Position numbers and translations under genes: made by a program. This document shows positions 12,291 through 25,739 of a DNA stretch of 64,000 nucleotides, piece after piece. Source of the DNA: Podarcis liolepis (lineage: Eukaryota); assembly GCA_965112155.1 (NCBI GenBank), contig OZ218098.1; one strand, given 5' to 3'. How positions within the stretch are numbered: position 1 is the first letter of the stretch; each line of letters starts with the position of its first letter. Under the pieces are notes generated by a model that worked only from the letters and a program-made list of their open reading frames with translations, was not told where the DNA came from and searched no databases.

Positions 12291-12987
12291 CTGTATATAC
12301 TCGAGTATAAGCCGACTTTTCCAGCACATTTTTAATGCTGAAAAAGCCCCCCCCCCATGGCTTATACTCGAGTGAGGCCGGTGGCAGCGGTGGCGGAGGG
12401 ACGAGCAGCCCGAAAGGAGCCCTTTCTCACCGCTGGTCCCGCCACCGCCTCGCAAGAGCAAGCACAGGAGCCATGGTTGGGAGAGGTGCTGCGCTGCACT
12501 GTGCCTCTCCCAACCGCGGCTCCTATGCCTGCTCTTCCGAGCAGCAGAGGCAGAAGCGGAGGGACGAGCAGCCCAAAAGGAGCCCTTTGGGGCTGCTCCT
12601 TCCTCCTCCACCGCCATTGCTGCCACCACCAGGTTTGTGGTGTGGTGAACCGGCATATACTCGAGTCAGTAAGTTTTCCCAGTTTTTTCTTCTAAAATTA
12701 GGTGCCTTAGCTTATATTCGGGTCAGCTTATACTTGATACAGTGGTACCTCGGGTTAAGTACTTAATTCGTTCCGGAGGTCCGTTCTTAACCTGAAACTG
12801 TACTTAACCTGAAGCACCACTTTAGCTAATGGGCCTCCTGCTGCCGCTGCGCCACCAGAGCACGATTTCTGTTCTCATCCTGAAGCAAAGTTCTTAACCT
12901 GAAGCACTATTTCTGGGTTAGCGGAGTCTGTAACCTGAAGCGTATGTAATCTGAAGCGTATGTAACCTGAGGTAACACTGTATAAGG
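12291..12987. mobile_element. Non-autonomous Tc2/pogo-like DNA element, right TIR interrupted by MITE A
   Basis: Left end TA|CTGTATATACTCGAGTATAAGCCGAC; right end GTCAGCTTATACTTGATA[MITE A]TATAAGG|TA; internal copies of TATACTCGAGT; internal ~32-bp direct repeat near 12393 and 12556. Confidence 0.75.
12740..12980 (+). mobile_element. MITE family A, copy 2 (nested in the right TIR of another DNA element)
   Basis: TA|CAGTGGTACCTCGGGTTA...TAACCTGAGGTAACACTG|TA. Confidence 0.9.
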
Positions 12988-14246
12988 TATCTTTTACAGT
13001 CTCTTACTATTTTATTCTCTTTTGGACTCAAAGTTACTCATTAAAGTTGTCCTTTCCTATGTGCTTGTAAACAGCAGCCACAAACAGCTGTGTTTCCACA
13101 TAACTTACCGTAATTACTTTTTATAATTAATTGCATAACAGAAGAGAGCATACTAGCAATAGTGTAAAAAAACAATGCACTTCTGATACTTTAAAAATAC
13201 ACAGGTATCTATCACTATAATCAGTTTAGGAGAACACAAAACCTTCTCATCTTTACACATAACAGTATGATGATGGTATGACCTTTGCTCCTTCAGCTCA
13301 AACACTCAGGGCTTCTGGGGCACAGCACTCCCACAGAGAATGTCAAGCAATTTTGGTTTAAAGAAACATGCCCCCTAAAGCTCAAAGCAATACACTATTT
13401 CCTATCTCACACACACATTTTATACTTTTATTTGAACATTTCTATCAATCTATTGTTCTCTGGCCAATCAGGTCTATACAGCACTCAGTGTATCCAAATC
13501 CCAAAGTACAGAATGACCCAATTTCTAAGCAAGAGGAATGTATTTAGAAGGACTTTAAATGATTTCAACTTTTTGAATAAATCCATGAGAGGCACTGTTA
13601 AATAAATGAGAGGACTGTTAAATCAGTAGTTCTACAAATATTAAATAAAAGAAGTGACAGCATCCAGTTTTAGGAAAGATGTGAAACTCATGTAATAATT
13701 AAAATAATGAAAGGCTACATAACCTACAGGCATGAAATGGAAGTGTTGCTTGTTTCTCTAGCCTTCTAAAAATATTACTATGTATATTAGATTGTAGCCC
13801 CAAGGTATAAGATTCACAGGTTTAAGACTGAATGTTGTGTAAGCAGACTTCTACCTGTGCCGTGGGACTTCACCTTCCTCTCCTTCCCCACTGTACCCCC
13901 AAAATCTGCCCTGGAAGATCTTCCAAAGATGAGAAATCTATTCCACCAATTGTGTCCATTCCACTGGTGAGCACTGTTGAATTGCACCCAAAAGTAGTAC
14001 TGTATGTTATTTATAGGGCTAATGAAGATAATATTAATTATTTATTTTTAATACTAATCTCAGATACCAATCTACTCAATAAAAGAATTGTTTTCTGTTT
14101 CTCTACTCCTGTATCATCTTGGAAAAGATGCAAAGCATTCATAAACTTTCACTTAAAAGTTCTATTAGCTATGCTTATCAGATCCACAAAAGAAACTAAA
14201 GCCAAAGACTAAGTAGGATTTTTTTAAAAAAGTTGCCCTCTGTTAT

Positions 14247-14348
14247 GGGACTACAATTCCCATCATTCCTGACCACTGGTCTTGCTAGCTAGGAATGATG
14301 GAAGTTGTAGTCCAAAAACAGCTGGAGACCCAAGTTTGGGAAACACTG
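14247..14348. mobile_element. Partial copy of the palindromic hAT-type MITE seen at 28967
   Basis: Shares GGACTACA...CCACTGGTC...GTTGTAGTCC...CAGCTGGAGACCCAAGTTTGGGAAACACTG; left end missing. Confidence 0.75.
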
Positions 14349-15611
14349 GTCTAATTGATATGATATAATTTATGATCATGAGATGACTACGCAAAAATGT
14401 CACTAATAGGTATAGGAAGTTGTATTATTCAGGTCACAGTGCTCAATCCAATATAAATTTTGTGCATCTTCCAAAGCTTAGATATCTGACTGTCAGCTCA
14501 CCACTATCGTCGTATATAATATTTAGAAGAATTTCTTGTGTTTTCCTTACCCAAATTAGTCTGAGTGTAATTTGCACTGCCAGCACTTCAAAGTTGTTGT
14601 TTGCTATGTTATTAATAAAGCTATGGCCCTTTAACCTCATATGGTTGTCATGTGTGTTCATTCTGGTGTGTGGGTGTGAGAGGGACATCACATCTGTATA
14701 GCACTTTCATGGTTTTTAAAGTGTTTCACAAACATTATCAAGTTGTAATTCTTACAACAGCCCTGTAGGGTAAAGCATCAAAACAATGTGAGGTATATAT
14801 TTCTTTTTCTGTAATTTCTTTCACTGTATCAATACTATATTGCAAGTACTGAATGTTCAGTGCAGTCCTATATATTATGATGATATATAGCATAATTCTG
14901 AAACTGCAGTTCTCCTGAAAATAGTTGAAAGAGAAATTGCTTACATGGTATCATATATAGATTCAAGTGTGTTCTCATAAATTTATTGGTGGCTTTGTGC
15001 CTAAAAAGCTTTCCCTGATTTTTGGCATGAAGATAAGAAATAAATTGAAAAAGGCAAGAGGTGGAACCAGGCTATATTACCTTGCATGAAAATCCTTCTT
15101 TTTTTAAAAAAAGCTTTTCTCCTAACTGTCCCTGTGTGAAGACTAATACCTTTGATTGCAATTTATTTAGTGATTAGTAAATTTGAAATATTTACAAGCT
15201 GGGACACAAATACATGCACACACATGCATATTTCCATGTTACATCACAGAGCTCTTATCCTTTGGCAATCCCATTCATGTACCATTTTGTTATTTAATAA
15301 ATATATCTTTGGAAATTAGGATTAGAGGGGTCTTAAGAGTTTATCATAATCACATTTTTATGATACTGTGAAGAATTAAGGGCGCAGTCACATTAACATG
15401 GTACCTCTGTAAGGAAGCCTCCATGATACTGTATATTTATAGTTTCATAATAAAATGAAATGTTAATCATCCAGCTAAAGTAATTGTCATCTCTATGATG
15501 ATAAAAACAAAGGTTTCAGGACCCAGTTACTGGTTCACATGCCGTTATCTGAACAGACATTAATGGAATTGCTGATTTCATGGTTTGGCAAGAGCTTCTG
15601 ATACTTCAAGG

Positions 15612-16392
15612 CAGTGGTTTTCACCCTTTTTGAGTCCAGGGCTCCCTTGACCAGCTACGTTCTTTCTGTGGCTCCCCTGGGAATCCTCACTTATGCAAGG
15701 GTTTCATTCTGGACCACTGTTCACATCGCCAGGATGAGAGTAAGTGGGGATCCTCTCTACTCTGTCCCTGCCCCACCCCTTTCTAGTGCCATTTTCAATG
15801 TGTAAGTGGGAGTGTGCGTGCTGATTGTGCACAAGTGAGGATTCCCCTGTACCAGGTAAAAACTTGTGTTGTTTTGCCTTTTAGTGGTTTTGCATATTTT
15901 TGTTTTGGGGCAAAGGTGCCCTGCCTGACCTCACCTTTGTGTTTGGTATGGATCTCCCCACCCCCCTCTGCCTTTGATGCAGTGGAGAAGGAGAGCTAGG
16001 AGGGAGAATAGAGAGAGAAGCTACTGTTTCTGCAGAAGCATGTGCATTTTATCTTTAATGTGGGGTGGCAGGGGTTCTTTGCTTTTTAAAGAAGAGGGTG
16101 TGAGAGGTAAGGGCACACACATGGAGAGGGAGACAGGGAGGAAAACGAAGAGGGAGTGATACAGAAAGGAGCTTCTACATAGTGCACCAGAATTGTACAG
16201 GGGGGAGGACTAAGAATCTAGGACATATCTGGGAGAAGGCGGTGTGGATTGGCGAGAGTAGGCAGGAACAAGGAAGGGAAAGGGGAAGGCGGTGGCAAGG
16301 AGGAAGAGGAGGGAAGAAAGGTTGGCTGTGGCACCCCTGAACATTCTTCAAGTCTCCCCAGTGAGCTGTGGGTCACCAGCTGAAAACCACTG
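15612..16392. mobile_element. Non-autonomous hAT (Charlie-like) DNA element
   Basis: TIRs CAGTGGTTTTCA / TGAAAACCACTG; 8-bp TSD CTTCAAGG / CTTTAAGG (1 mismatch). Confidence 0.82.
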
Positions 16393-17644
16393 CTTTAAGG
16401 AGAAGAATTCTTAGTGCCCACTGCAAACATTAATCAAATGAAGAGAATAGCATCACCATTTCCAAGCATGTGCATGCACACACACTCTCTCTCTCCAAAG
16501 ACAATATAAAAAGGCAAGTTAAAAGGCAGTTTGAGCTAGAATACCATAGCATGATATCTCTAACCTATTTTGGCTCCATTGTCTTCTTAAACTCAAGCAA
16601 TCAGTACTCATCTAGGAACAGTAAGCTTATTATTATGCAATCAGGTTACCTCACAAGTTCTTGACAAACACACCCCTTGCAGATACAGGACAAAGGAAAT
16701 TCTCTGCCACAATGTACTTCAAGCCTTTTCCTCTCTAAAAGTACTGCATAAGCTTTATGCCATGAGGTGAGATCGCTCAGGGATGGTGTTTATGTTAGAC
16801 ACACTCACAAGAATCAACGGGTTGAATGAGCAGGTGCCCTTCTGTAAGCTGAAGGCCTCTTCTGCATGCAAAAGAACTTTTTCTGCCTCTGTTCAAGACC
16901 ACTGTGTAAGAAGAGAGAAAGACTATTGAAATGTAGAGGTGTACTTACATCTGTGCCAGGCATTGTGCTTTCTTGCACAAGGTCTTTTTAAATTCTCTCA
17001 GAATTTTTTTATTATTATTATTACTTAGCAGCCCTTTTTGTGGCTTTTTATATGCTTTTAAATATTGCCCAACCCCAGGCTTCTTGAAGTTCATCTTTGC
17101 TGTGGCAAATTTTGTATTGTAACTGTGTTTCCATGGTTTTGCATTTCATGTTACATTTCATGTTACATTTTTACATGCTCTACCCAGAGCATTTCGGTTA
17201 TAGGCTGACATAGAAATTAGGACTGTGCACTGGGATCTAGCCGAATCCAAAACTGAGTTGGGCTAATCTGGGTAGATCCCACCTTTGGCCAGCACGGGTT
17301 GATAGAGCTCAGGGTCGGCCAACCTGAAGCAATCTGGGGTAGTCTAAGGATGTTATAAGATGGGACATCAGGTAGCGGGGGGGGGGGGGGGATAAGGAAA
17401 GGCAGGCAGCTTCTGCAAAGAGTAGTGCAGAGCCATTTGCAAAGGGGCTTTCAATCAGTCACACGCTGCACTTGGCTTTGTGTGCCTGTTCCCAGTAGGG
17501 GAACATCAGTACACAGTCAAACTGAGCAAAATTGAACCCAAAATTAAGCACAAAAATGGCTGAAAGTCATATTCCTTTTCAGGAGGTCAATACAGATGGG
17601 TTGTATTTAGGCACTGAAGGCGGCAAAATGTTGAGCAGAGACAG

Positions 17645-18224
17645 ACTCGCCAAATGTCCCTATTTTCCAGGGATGTCCCTGATTTAGAGAAGCCATCCCA
17701 GTTTCTGAATTGATCCCATAATGTCCCGCTTTTTCTTAGGATACCCCTATTTTCATTGACGAAATATTGGAGGGCATGGAGTTATCCAACACCTGAGCTG
17801 TCTGAAGGAAGCCCTATACAGTGGTACCTCAGGTTAAGAACTTAATTCGTTCTGGAGGTCTGTTCTTAAACTGAAACTGTTCTTAACCTGAAGCACCACT
17901 TTAGCTAATGGGGCCTCCTGCTGCAGCCGCACCGCCAGAGCACGATTTCTGTTCTCATCCTGAAGCAAAGTTCTTAACCCGAGGTAATATTTCTGGGTTA
18001 GCGGAGTCTGTAACCTGAAGCATCTGTAACCTGAAGCGTATGTAACCCAAGGTACCACTGTATAAAGATGTTTTTTATGTTTAATGTTTTATTATGTTTT
18101 TAATATAGGAAGCTGCCTAGAGTGCAGGGTCAACTCAATAGGATGTGTGGGGTATAAATAGTAAAATTATCATTATGCAATGGGACGTCTCCCTATTTTC
18201 ATCAGTAAATTGTTGGAGGGTATG
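17645..18224. mobile_element. Degraded DNA-element/composite repeat hosting MITE A copy 3
   Basis: Repeated TGTCCC motifs and a duplicated end motif CCCTATTTTCAT...TTGGAGGG(C/T)ATG at about 17745-17778 and 18191-18224. Confidence 0.4.
17819..18060 (+). mobile_element. MITE family A, copy 3
   Basis: TA|CAGTGGTACCTCAGGTTA...TAACCCAAGGTACCACTG|TA. Confidence 0.9.
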
Positions 18225-21200
18225 CAGAAAGTGAGGGAGGAATAGGCATAGGCTTTTGCACAGCATCAAAAGCACAGAAGAGGCCCTTGGGATTCCTAGG
18301 CTGAGTGTAAGTGTGAATTTAGCTAGGTTGATGGCAGAGGAGAAAGATTTTTTATCACACCGTTCCATCCGTTAGATTACTCCCACCAAATGGCTTTCAA
18401 TACAAAAGTCACAAATGCAGTAAAAACTATTCAGACTCTTGCTGAGGTACTTTGGACCCAAGCCATTTAGGGCTTTAAAGGTCAGTGTCAGCATTTTATC
18501 AGCTGATTGATGGCAAAAGAGGATTGCAATTGGATAAGTACAATGCACCATCAAAGATAATGGAATTATTCATTGTACGTTTCAAGGATCAGTAGGTTTT
18601 GTGACAATTTACCCTCTGCACACCAGGTTTGATAACCTCCTTAAACTTAATGTTCTAGACTAATAGATAATAACAAATGTCTGATGTCTTGATGTAGTGA
18701 GTACACAAGAATTCACACCTCACTGAAACTTTTTTGTGTGATTTGCAATAAACATATGGGAATATTCTAACCATAGTTTATTGCTGAGAATATTAATCTT
18801 GTATTCTTGTCAGTCGTGCTTGTTTATTTTATTGTCTTATTTCTTATATTTTTTAACTTTTGTGTATTATATAATATTGTAAGACAGGACTAGTACTGGG
18901 CCCACAGAAAAGTGAAACAAAGTGCTGAAAAGAAGTTGTGTGTCAAACAGTGGTGAAAAATCAACCCAAAAGATCACTGAAGGGGAGCACATTTCACAGG
19001 CAGGTAAAATGTTCACAAAATGGGTATTTATTAAGTCAAAATAAAAGCGGCAGAATCTTTGGTTCCATCAGACTAAAATCTAGTTTTATACAGAATGAGG
19101 ATTGTGCAAAAATATAAAAGGGTCAGTAAAAATATTGTCACCTCAAGTGTGTAAATACTGAAAGACGTGTAATAAAGGATCTCATTGTTTAGTTTGGACT
19201 CTTCCATTTTCCTAAAAATGGAGAACAAATAGGAACATCAAAAGGAAGTGAGCTGAACAAGGTCAACGGAGCATGGCAAATCTAAATGGTGAAGTCCACT
19301 GCAACATGATGAAGATCATTTTATTATTGAAATTACTGGATGGTTACAAAGTGAAATATACTCCATGTTGATTTCCAGGAATAAATGTTGTCAGGATATC
19401 CTGCTTATATTCAGGTAATCAGCTTTTCTATCATCCATGACACGAATAACTAAACATCCAATTCTTCAGCTCCCATTACATTAAAAGTCTAGCCTATATG
19501 ACATCTCTCCTTGATGTGATATTGCCAGCTAATTAGCTGAATGATTTAAAGCCTTCAAGATGTTTTCCCATATGAGCTAGTTGCATATCCATTTGTTTTT
19601 TCCCCTGTTCCTGTGTATATAATTGAGCCAACCTCAAAAAGAGTGGATGAAATTAATCCATCACAAGTAAATGGACAAGAATCATGTTGTCCTGGTCATC
19701 AATATGCAATGCTCAACATTGAGATAAAACATGAATTTCTTTGAAGTTTGGAATAATTATTAACATGTTTCTTTACCATGCAATCCTATACACATATATT
19801 CAGAAGTATGCTGAAGTCATCTTGAGTTCCATGAAGCTTAATCCAAGATAAGTGGGTTTCAAATTATAAACCCAATGTAACAAAATAAGAAGGGACCAAA
19901 CGTTTTATACAGGTGGTAACCATTTTAGGTATGTCCAATTGCAGCATGATTGCTTACGTCCAGGTCTTTTTGGACCCAGAAGGGGGCAGGGTGGGGTATA
20001 ATGGGGCGGGTCACACTTATGCACACTCCGCTGGTGCACACATGGGTTGGGAAGAGAACCACCACACAAAATGGCCACCACCTGTATTTAATATGTGCAG
20101 ATAATTCTAGACATGCAAACTCAGATGCTACTCCAGTGAGTTCAATGAAACAGATTTCTAATAAAATGTGTATAGAATCACAGCCTAAGCCAGCAATCCA
20201 AACCTGCTGATGTGACCACTTAGGCTCTGCTGATCAACCACTGCATCCACAGTCCAGACATTCACTCCTTGCATCACTAACTGAATACATATGCCATGCT
20301 AGACAAGGGAGAGTAAAAGATAAAGAGATAAAGGAAGGCTGGCTGTGTAGATCACAACTTTCATTACTAAGCTTTCAGCCATCATTTGACATGCACTTTC
20401 AAACTTTTTTGCCCCAGGCTGGAAACATACATCGATACAATTAAAGCTGAAATTCCAAAGAAGCTATATTCTGAATCAGATTAGATTCTGAATCTGGATT
20501 TGAATCTGAATGTGTATAATCTGAATCTGGATTTGTTATATCCTATACCCCCAGAATTACAACCTTTATCTTAAGACCAAAGTGAATGCTCGACATTCAT
20601 CCTTAGTATATTTGGGGCAACCCATCATATCCTTATTTATAATCACAGTATTCCTGGTAATAATAAAAAGGCACCATAAACAGGAAAAAAATGTGACACC
20701 TTAATTGTGGAATGCTCTCCCTTTTGAAATTTAGCAAGTATCTACTCTGTTTTCACTCAGATGTACCTTAAAATGTGGCTCTTCAGTCATACCTTTGAAA
20801 GTTAATGATGCCCAGCTGGAATGACAGTGTTCTTTTACAGTTTCTGTGATGAATTGTTAGGTGCATTTTATTCTGCTCCTAATTATTAGGGAGTGTACAT
20901 TTTAAGACTGATATTCTTTTCACCGGTCACAAAATCTCTGGATGTTGGGTGGGGTATAAATGATACAAATAATAATAAAATAAATGAATAAATAAAAATA
21001 TCCTGAAGGACTTTTTAACTTCTGAAACATGTCATCAAATCCTAGTGATCTAAAAGGTTAACCTTAAAAAGGAGTGTGATCATCAAATCTTCCCCTTGCT
21101 TCAGAAATACAGAGATAGCAGAAAACTTGTCCATGTCTTGTAAGTTTTGTGTTCAAAACCTACATGTAACATCGACAGTGACACAACTATCAAATAACAA

Positions 21201-24200
21201 TGCGCAATCATAATAAATACCAGCAATTATTTCACCCATTCACCAGAGGTACTTCTTCTTCTAAGTGAATGATACAATTACAGCTTGTCACAGTGGGAGT
21301 CCTTAATTAAAACAAAAGCATAAAATATATGGGAGTGGGAGAGGTGTATTCAGATAGGTTCATTAAAGGTACTTTGTTTCTTTCTCAGAATCTCATTAGT
21401 CTATCACAGCTCATTGGGCAAAACCCCTAAATGTGGCTAGGATAAGTGTGGCATATAGAATCTTAAGAAAACGGAAAAGGGCTCTGTATTATTTCTGCTC
21501 TGCTTGAGTTGCAGCAATGCCATTATCTATCTGACAGTTGTGCTTTAGCATTATAATTTTTACAACTGCACATTACCTAGAGGACTATTACATCTCAATT
21601 GGTGTTTCATTGGTTACGCATATCCGGGACATGGAATGACACATATTCATCAGAACACAGCTAGAAATGTCTCTCCCCACCCTCAACATACAGACATACT
21701 ATTGAATAAGCTGAGTTGTGGCAAGAACTAACATAAAGCAGGTCCCAGGTGGTCTCAGAATTGCTTGTGCAAGTAAATATACTCCAAATCTTTGGAATTG
21801 GATATGAGACAGGCCACTGTTGTTGTAGCCAAAACATAGTCATCATTATGGAGACAATGTATGGCATGCAGTTTGAAGCAAATAAAAAATACTGTTTATG
21901 GGGGGATGCTCTGAGTTTAGTCAGGCAGATGCAGCTTTTTGCATTTAATTGTGGTTTGAACATACATCTGCTGCTCAGGAAAAAACCCCCACCTAGCTTG
22001 GAATTCAGTGACCCACCCTGCCAAATTTAGGAAGTATTTAATGACACAGTTTGAAAGAATTGAGGCAGTGAAGGGGCAAGAATCAATGCAGAAATTGATC
22101 TCTAAAGAATGCAACAAAGTCCACGTTCAAAGCTGATTTCCCTGTGCAATGGCAGCTATACAGATATAGCCTCCCAAAGTAAGAATTGCTGGAATTGCAG
22201 AATTTCTGCTGCTACAACAAGGTATTGCTCTTTACAGGATCTGCTTGCTTTGTGTTATTTTCTTGTGAAAGTCAGTGCTTATATTAAAATGTGAAGCTCT
22301 GGTAATTAAGTAAATAAATGATGAATTCACACCAAACTGGCTTTGATGTATCTGAAAGGAACAGTTGCAGACTCCTTAAGGGTTCTTATTAGATGAGCCT
22401 TCGTCATCTAACCATGCATTTTTCTCACAAATAATCCCTCAGATGCGCCAATAAGTCACATATAAAGACAAGTGCACACAAATGCAATTAGGTGGCATGG
22501 ATGGAAACTCTTTACCCACATCCATTAAAAAAAAAAATTCCTGGGGTTGATTCCTAATTACAACTCAGTTATCAACACATGGTTTTCATAATATATTCAA
22601 TAAGCATTTTATCTTTCTGTCACTGCTATTACTATTTGTCTCATTAGGACAAGAATGAAAAATAAGTATTCAGGAAATCTTTTGATAGTTCTATTCATGA
22701 TTTAATGCTGTTTCATCTAGCAGCTTAGCAAAAGGCTTTGAAAAAAAGCAACCACAAATAAAAATAGCACCTTTAAAATATTTATTTATAAAGAGGCTTC
22801 ATTATCATTAATTAATTTCCCACTTGGCTCATGAACTTTGTCATATTTTCCCCTCTTTGCATTGCAAATAAATTTTAAAAATCCCAACAGAGTATTCTAA
22901 AAATTCCAAGGGTACTAAATACTAATTGTGGTGATATAAACATGTAACTCAGTATCTCCCCCCCCAAAAAAAACAACACACACCAGATGTGTTGCATTGT
23001 GTGATAACTATATTTTGAAAGTTGGAATATGTTATATAACTAATAGGATTTAAGCTTCTACAATAAAATGATTTATCCAGAGTGCTATTCCACCGTGATT
23101 CCTAAGGATGGAAGCAAATGCAAGAATCAGGGACGCTAAACCTTTTTACACAGGTTTTTTGGAGAATTTCCAAAGATTTAAAAAGTGAACAGAAGTAGAC
23201 CTGGTTTTCAGCTAACATTAAGTCAAATCATGGCTAAACATAGGTGCATGAGAATGTGGTTACTAACAGGAAAATTCATGGCTGTTTTGCTCCTCCTTCT
23301 GAACTGCTCCTGTACTACTGGACCTAAGCCATCATTTGGTTTAGCATTACATTAAAACTCAGGCTTGTGGTTTGTCTCTGTGAGAGACAAATATTCATAT
23401 CTGCTTCTGGGTGTTTCTTCTAATCCAATTTTCCAAACTGGAATGGAGCAATTGCATTGGGATTTTTTTTAAAAAAAGTGAACCCTTTCCTCCGGTGTTG
23501 TTTTCCCAATTTAAATTGCCACCACTGCCTGAAAAGCTGGTATTTGTATCTATTCAACTATATATGTCTTATATTTATGCTATTCCTTTCTTATTATCCT
23601 TTGTTTGACTGTAATATAGCATGTGTTTATCTGATTTAATAGAAAAGTGAACTTTTAAAAAAATAAACAAGGGCAGAATTAATTCTTTTCAGAAAATCAG
23701 AGTTTAGAAAATAAATATGCAACACCAATGAAAAGCCTAAATGTTTAAGAGACCACAAATGCTCTTGGAAGAAGCCAGAACTCGCACCAGAAGAAATATA
23801 TGCTTTCTTTTTAGGATAAAGGAAGATTGGAAGGATGGAAAAGATCCCATTCCTGAGACAATATACAGAAGGCAAATAGCATATAGCTGTCTTGCTATTG
23901 TCTTCCCTGTAACTCAGCAACTGCCTCACTGCTGTGGAGTGAAGATGGGAAGAAGCTAACTGTTTCCTTGAAAACTTGCTTTGGGGACAACTGAGCTATT
24001 AGTGTTCCCTAAAAAGTGACAATACTTTCTGCAACACATCTTCTAAGTTGTCCCCACTCCCCTTTGCTAGCAAACAAAACCAAAGACAGAAAGAGCAGGT
24101 AACATGGAGAAACCATAGCTTAATGTGGCATTACCATTTGCCAAGTGGTAACTTACCACCATATACATATAAAAGCTGGTTGTCTGGATTGCAAGACCAA

Positions 24201-24907
24201 GCACAGTGAGCCCAGGTTCACTGGGGACAGGCGCTGTGAGAGTACCAGTAAAGATAGGAAAAGAGCTTGAGATAAATATAGCCACAACTTGCTGGTTGTG
24301 GTTGATTGCTCCTTTAGGGTTGATTCTGGGTTAAAGGATCCTCCCGTGTTCAGATCAAATGAAGGCAGACCTGCTACACCACCACTTGTGACATTTTAAA
24401 GCCTGTTAACCCCTGTCTGGGCCTCTGGACAAAAGTTTTTCCTTGGACCCCTTTACCAGAGTACCCTTAACATCTAGTTTCAGTTTTGGCTCAGGATTCA
24501 GGTGCCAGAACTAATTTTGGAGTGCACAGAGGGAGGAGGAAGCTCCGTTGCACAAATGGACATCCTCCTGTGGCACTTCCGCTGATGGGACTGGTTAGGT
24601 GAATCCTGCTTAACTAGTTTAGATACACATTTTGCTAAAGTTTTATATTCACCCAAACAATTTTTAAAATAGGTCATACTGCACTGTTACAGTATCACAA
24701 GCTGATATTTTACATCAACACAACCGTGCACCTCTTAGACAATTGCTTAAGGTTATGATTTCAAGTCTACCTTTAACCAAAATGCATGACATTAGCCTCC
24801 TTTTTCCACAGGAATCTTAATTCCCAGCCATCTTGTTTATCTGTTCAAATACTTCCCTACCCTTCCATACATAACAATTAGACAAAATCATTCTTCGCTT
24901 CCAGTGC

Positions 24908-24911
<4 letters not shown>

Positions 24912-24948
<37 letters not shown>
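24912..24948. repeat. (AC)n microsatellite
   Basis: Direct reading. Confidence 0.95.
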
Positions 24949-24950
<2 letters not shown>

Positions 24951-25739
24951 CTTTTTCAAATGTTTCAGGGATATGCAATTTGATGAAGCAACAGTCAGTC
25001 ACAAGGGGTGTTCTTGGTTATGTTCCATTATATTGTTAGCTGCCTGTGTTATATAGCCAAGTGTGAAGAAATAAGCCCACTCTTCCTGGAAACATCTTGC
25101 AGCATATATAGGGAAACCTTTATGTCTTCTGTACTTTTACCTGCCTTTCTGTCAAGAGTGCATGCTACAGTTAGCTGCTCTCCTCATATTTCCGACATAT
25201 TTAATTTTGTCGTTATGCTCTGATGTATTGATAAATTAGCATAGTTAATTATTTAAACATTACCAATCATGTTCCAGATGGATGCAATTACTTCTCCCTT
25301 CAGCACTGTTTCCTGCCCCTATTTGTTTAATGTGATGCATCCTAACCAGAGGCATTTTTCACCATTCGTGCAATCTTGATTAACGATACATGAAGCAGTA
25401 TATCCTTACCAAGTGCTTGGCTGTATAGACTATTAGAAAATTTCTGTCTCTTATCAGAAGCTGCATGTGTGTGCCCAGCTCCAAGATCACAACCCAAGGC
25501 AACAATAAAACATACTCATTTTTGAATATGTGTGTGTTTGCACCAACTCCTAGGGGCCCAGGTCCCTTCGACCCACCTCAATAAAGTATTTGACCTACCC
25601 CCCTCCACTGATGGGCATTCCTTTCTTTTCAACATTTGGACTTCATTTCACAACAAGCCCTGTAAAAGAACTTGTAAAAACGTTGTTGGATGGCAAGAAA
25701 GCTGGGATTGGGCCAGCTGATGACATGGCTCCTCAAATT

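Noticed and set aside
12288-12766. Overlapping 112-143 aa ORFs
   Set aside because: Inside GC-rich MITEs; no transposase or host-protein motifs
20470-20535. Degenerate TCTGAA/TCTGGA repeats
   Set aside because: Short, irregular low-complexity sequence with no defined unit or boundaries
24124-24393. Possible TG...CA solo LTR with a TATAAAA box
   Set aside because: No convincing TSD or polyadenylation signal
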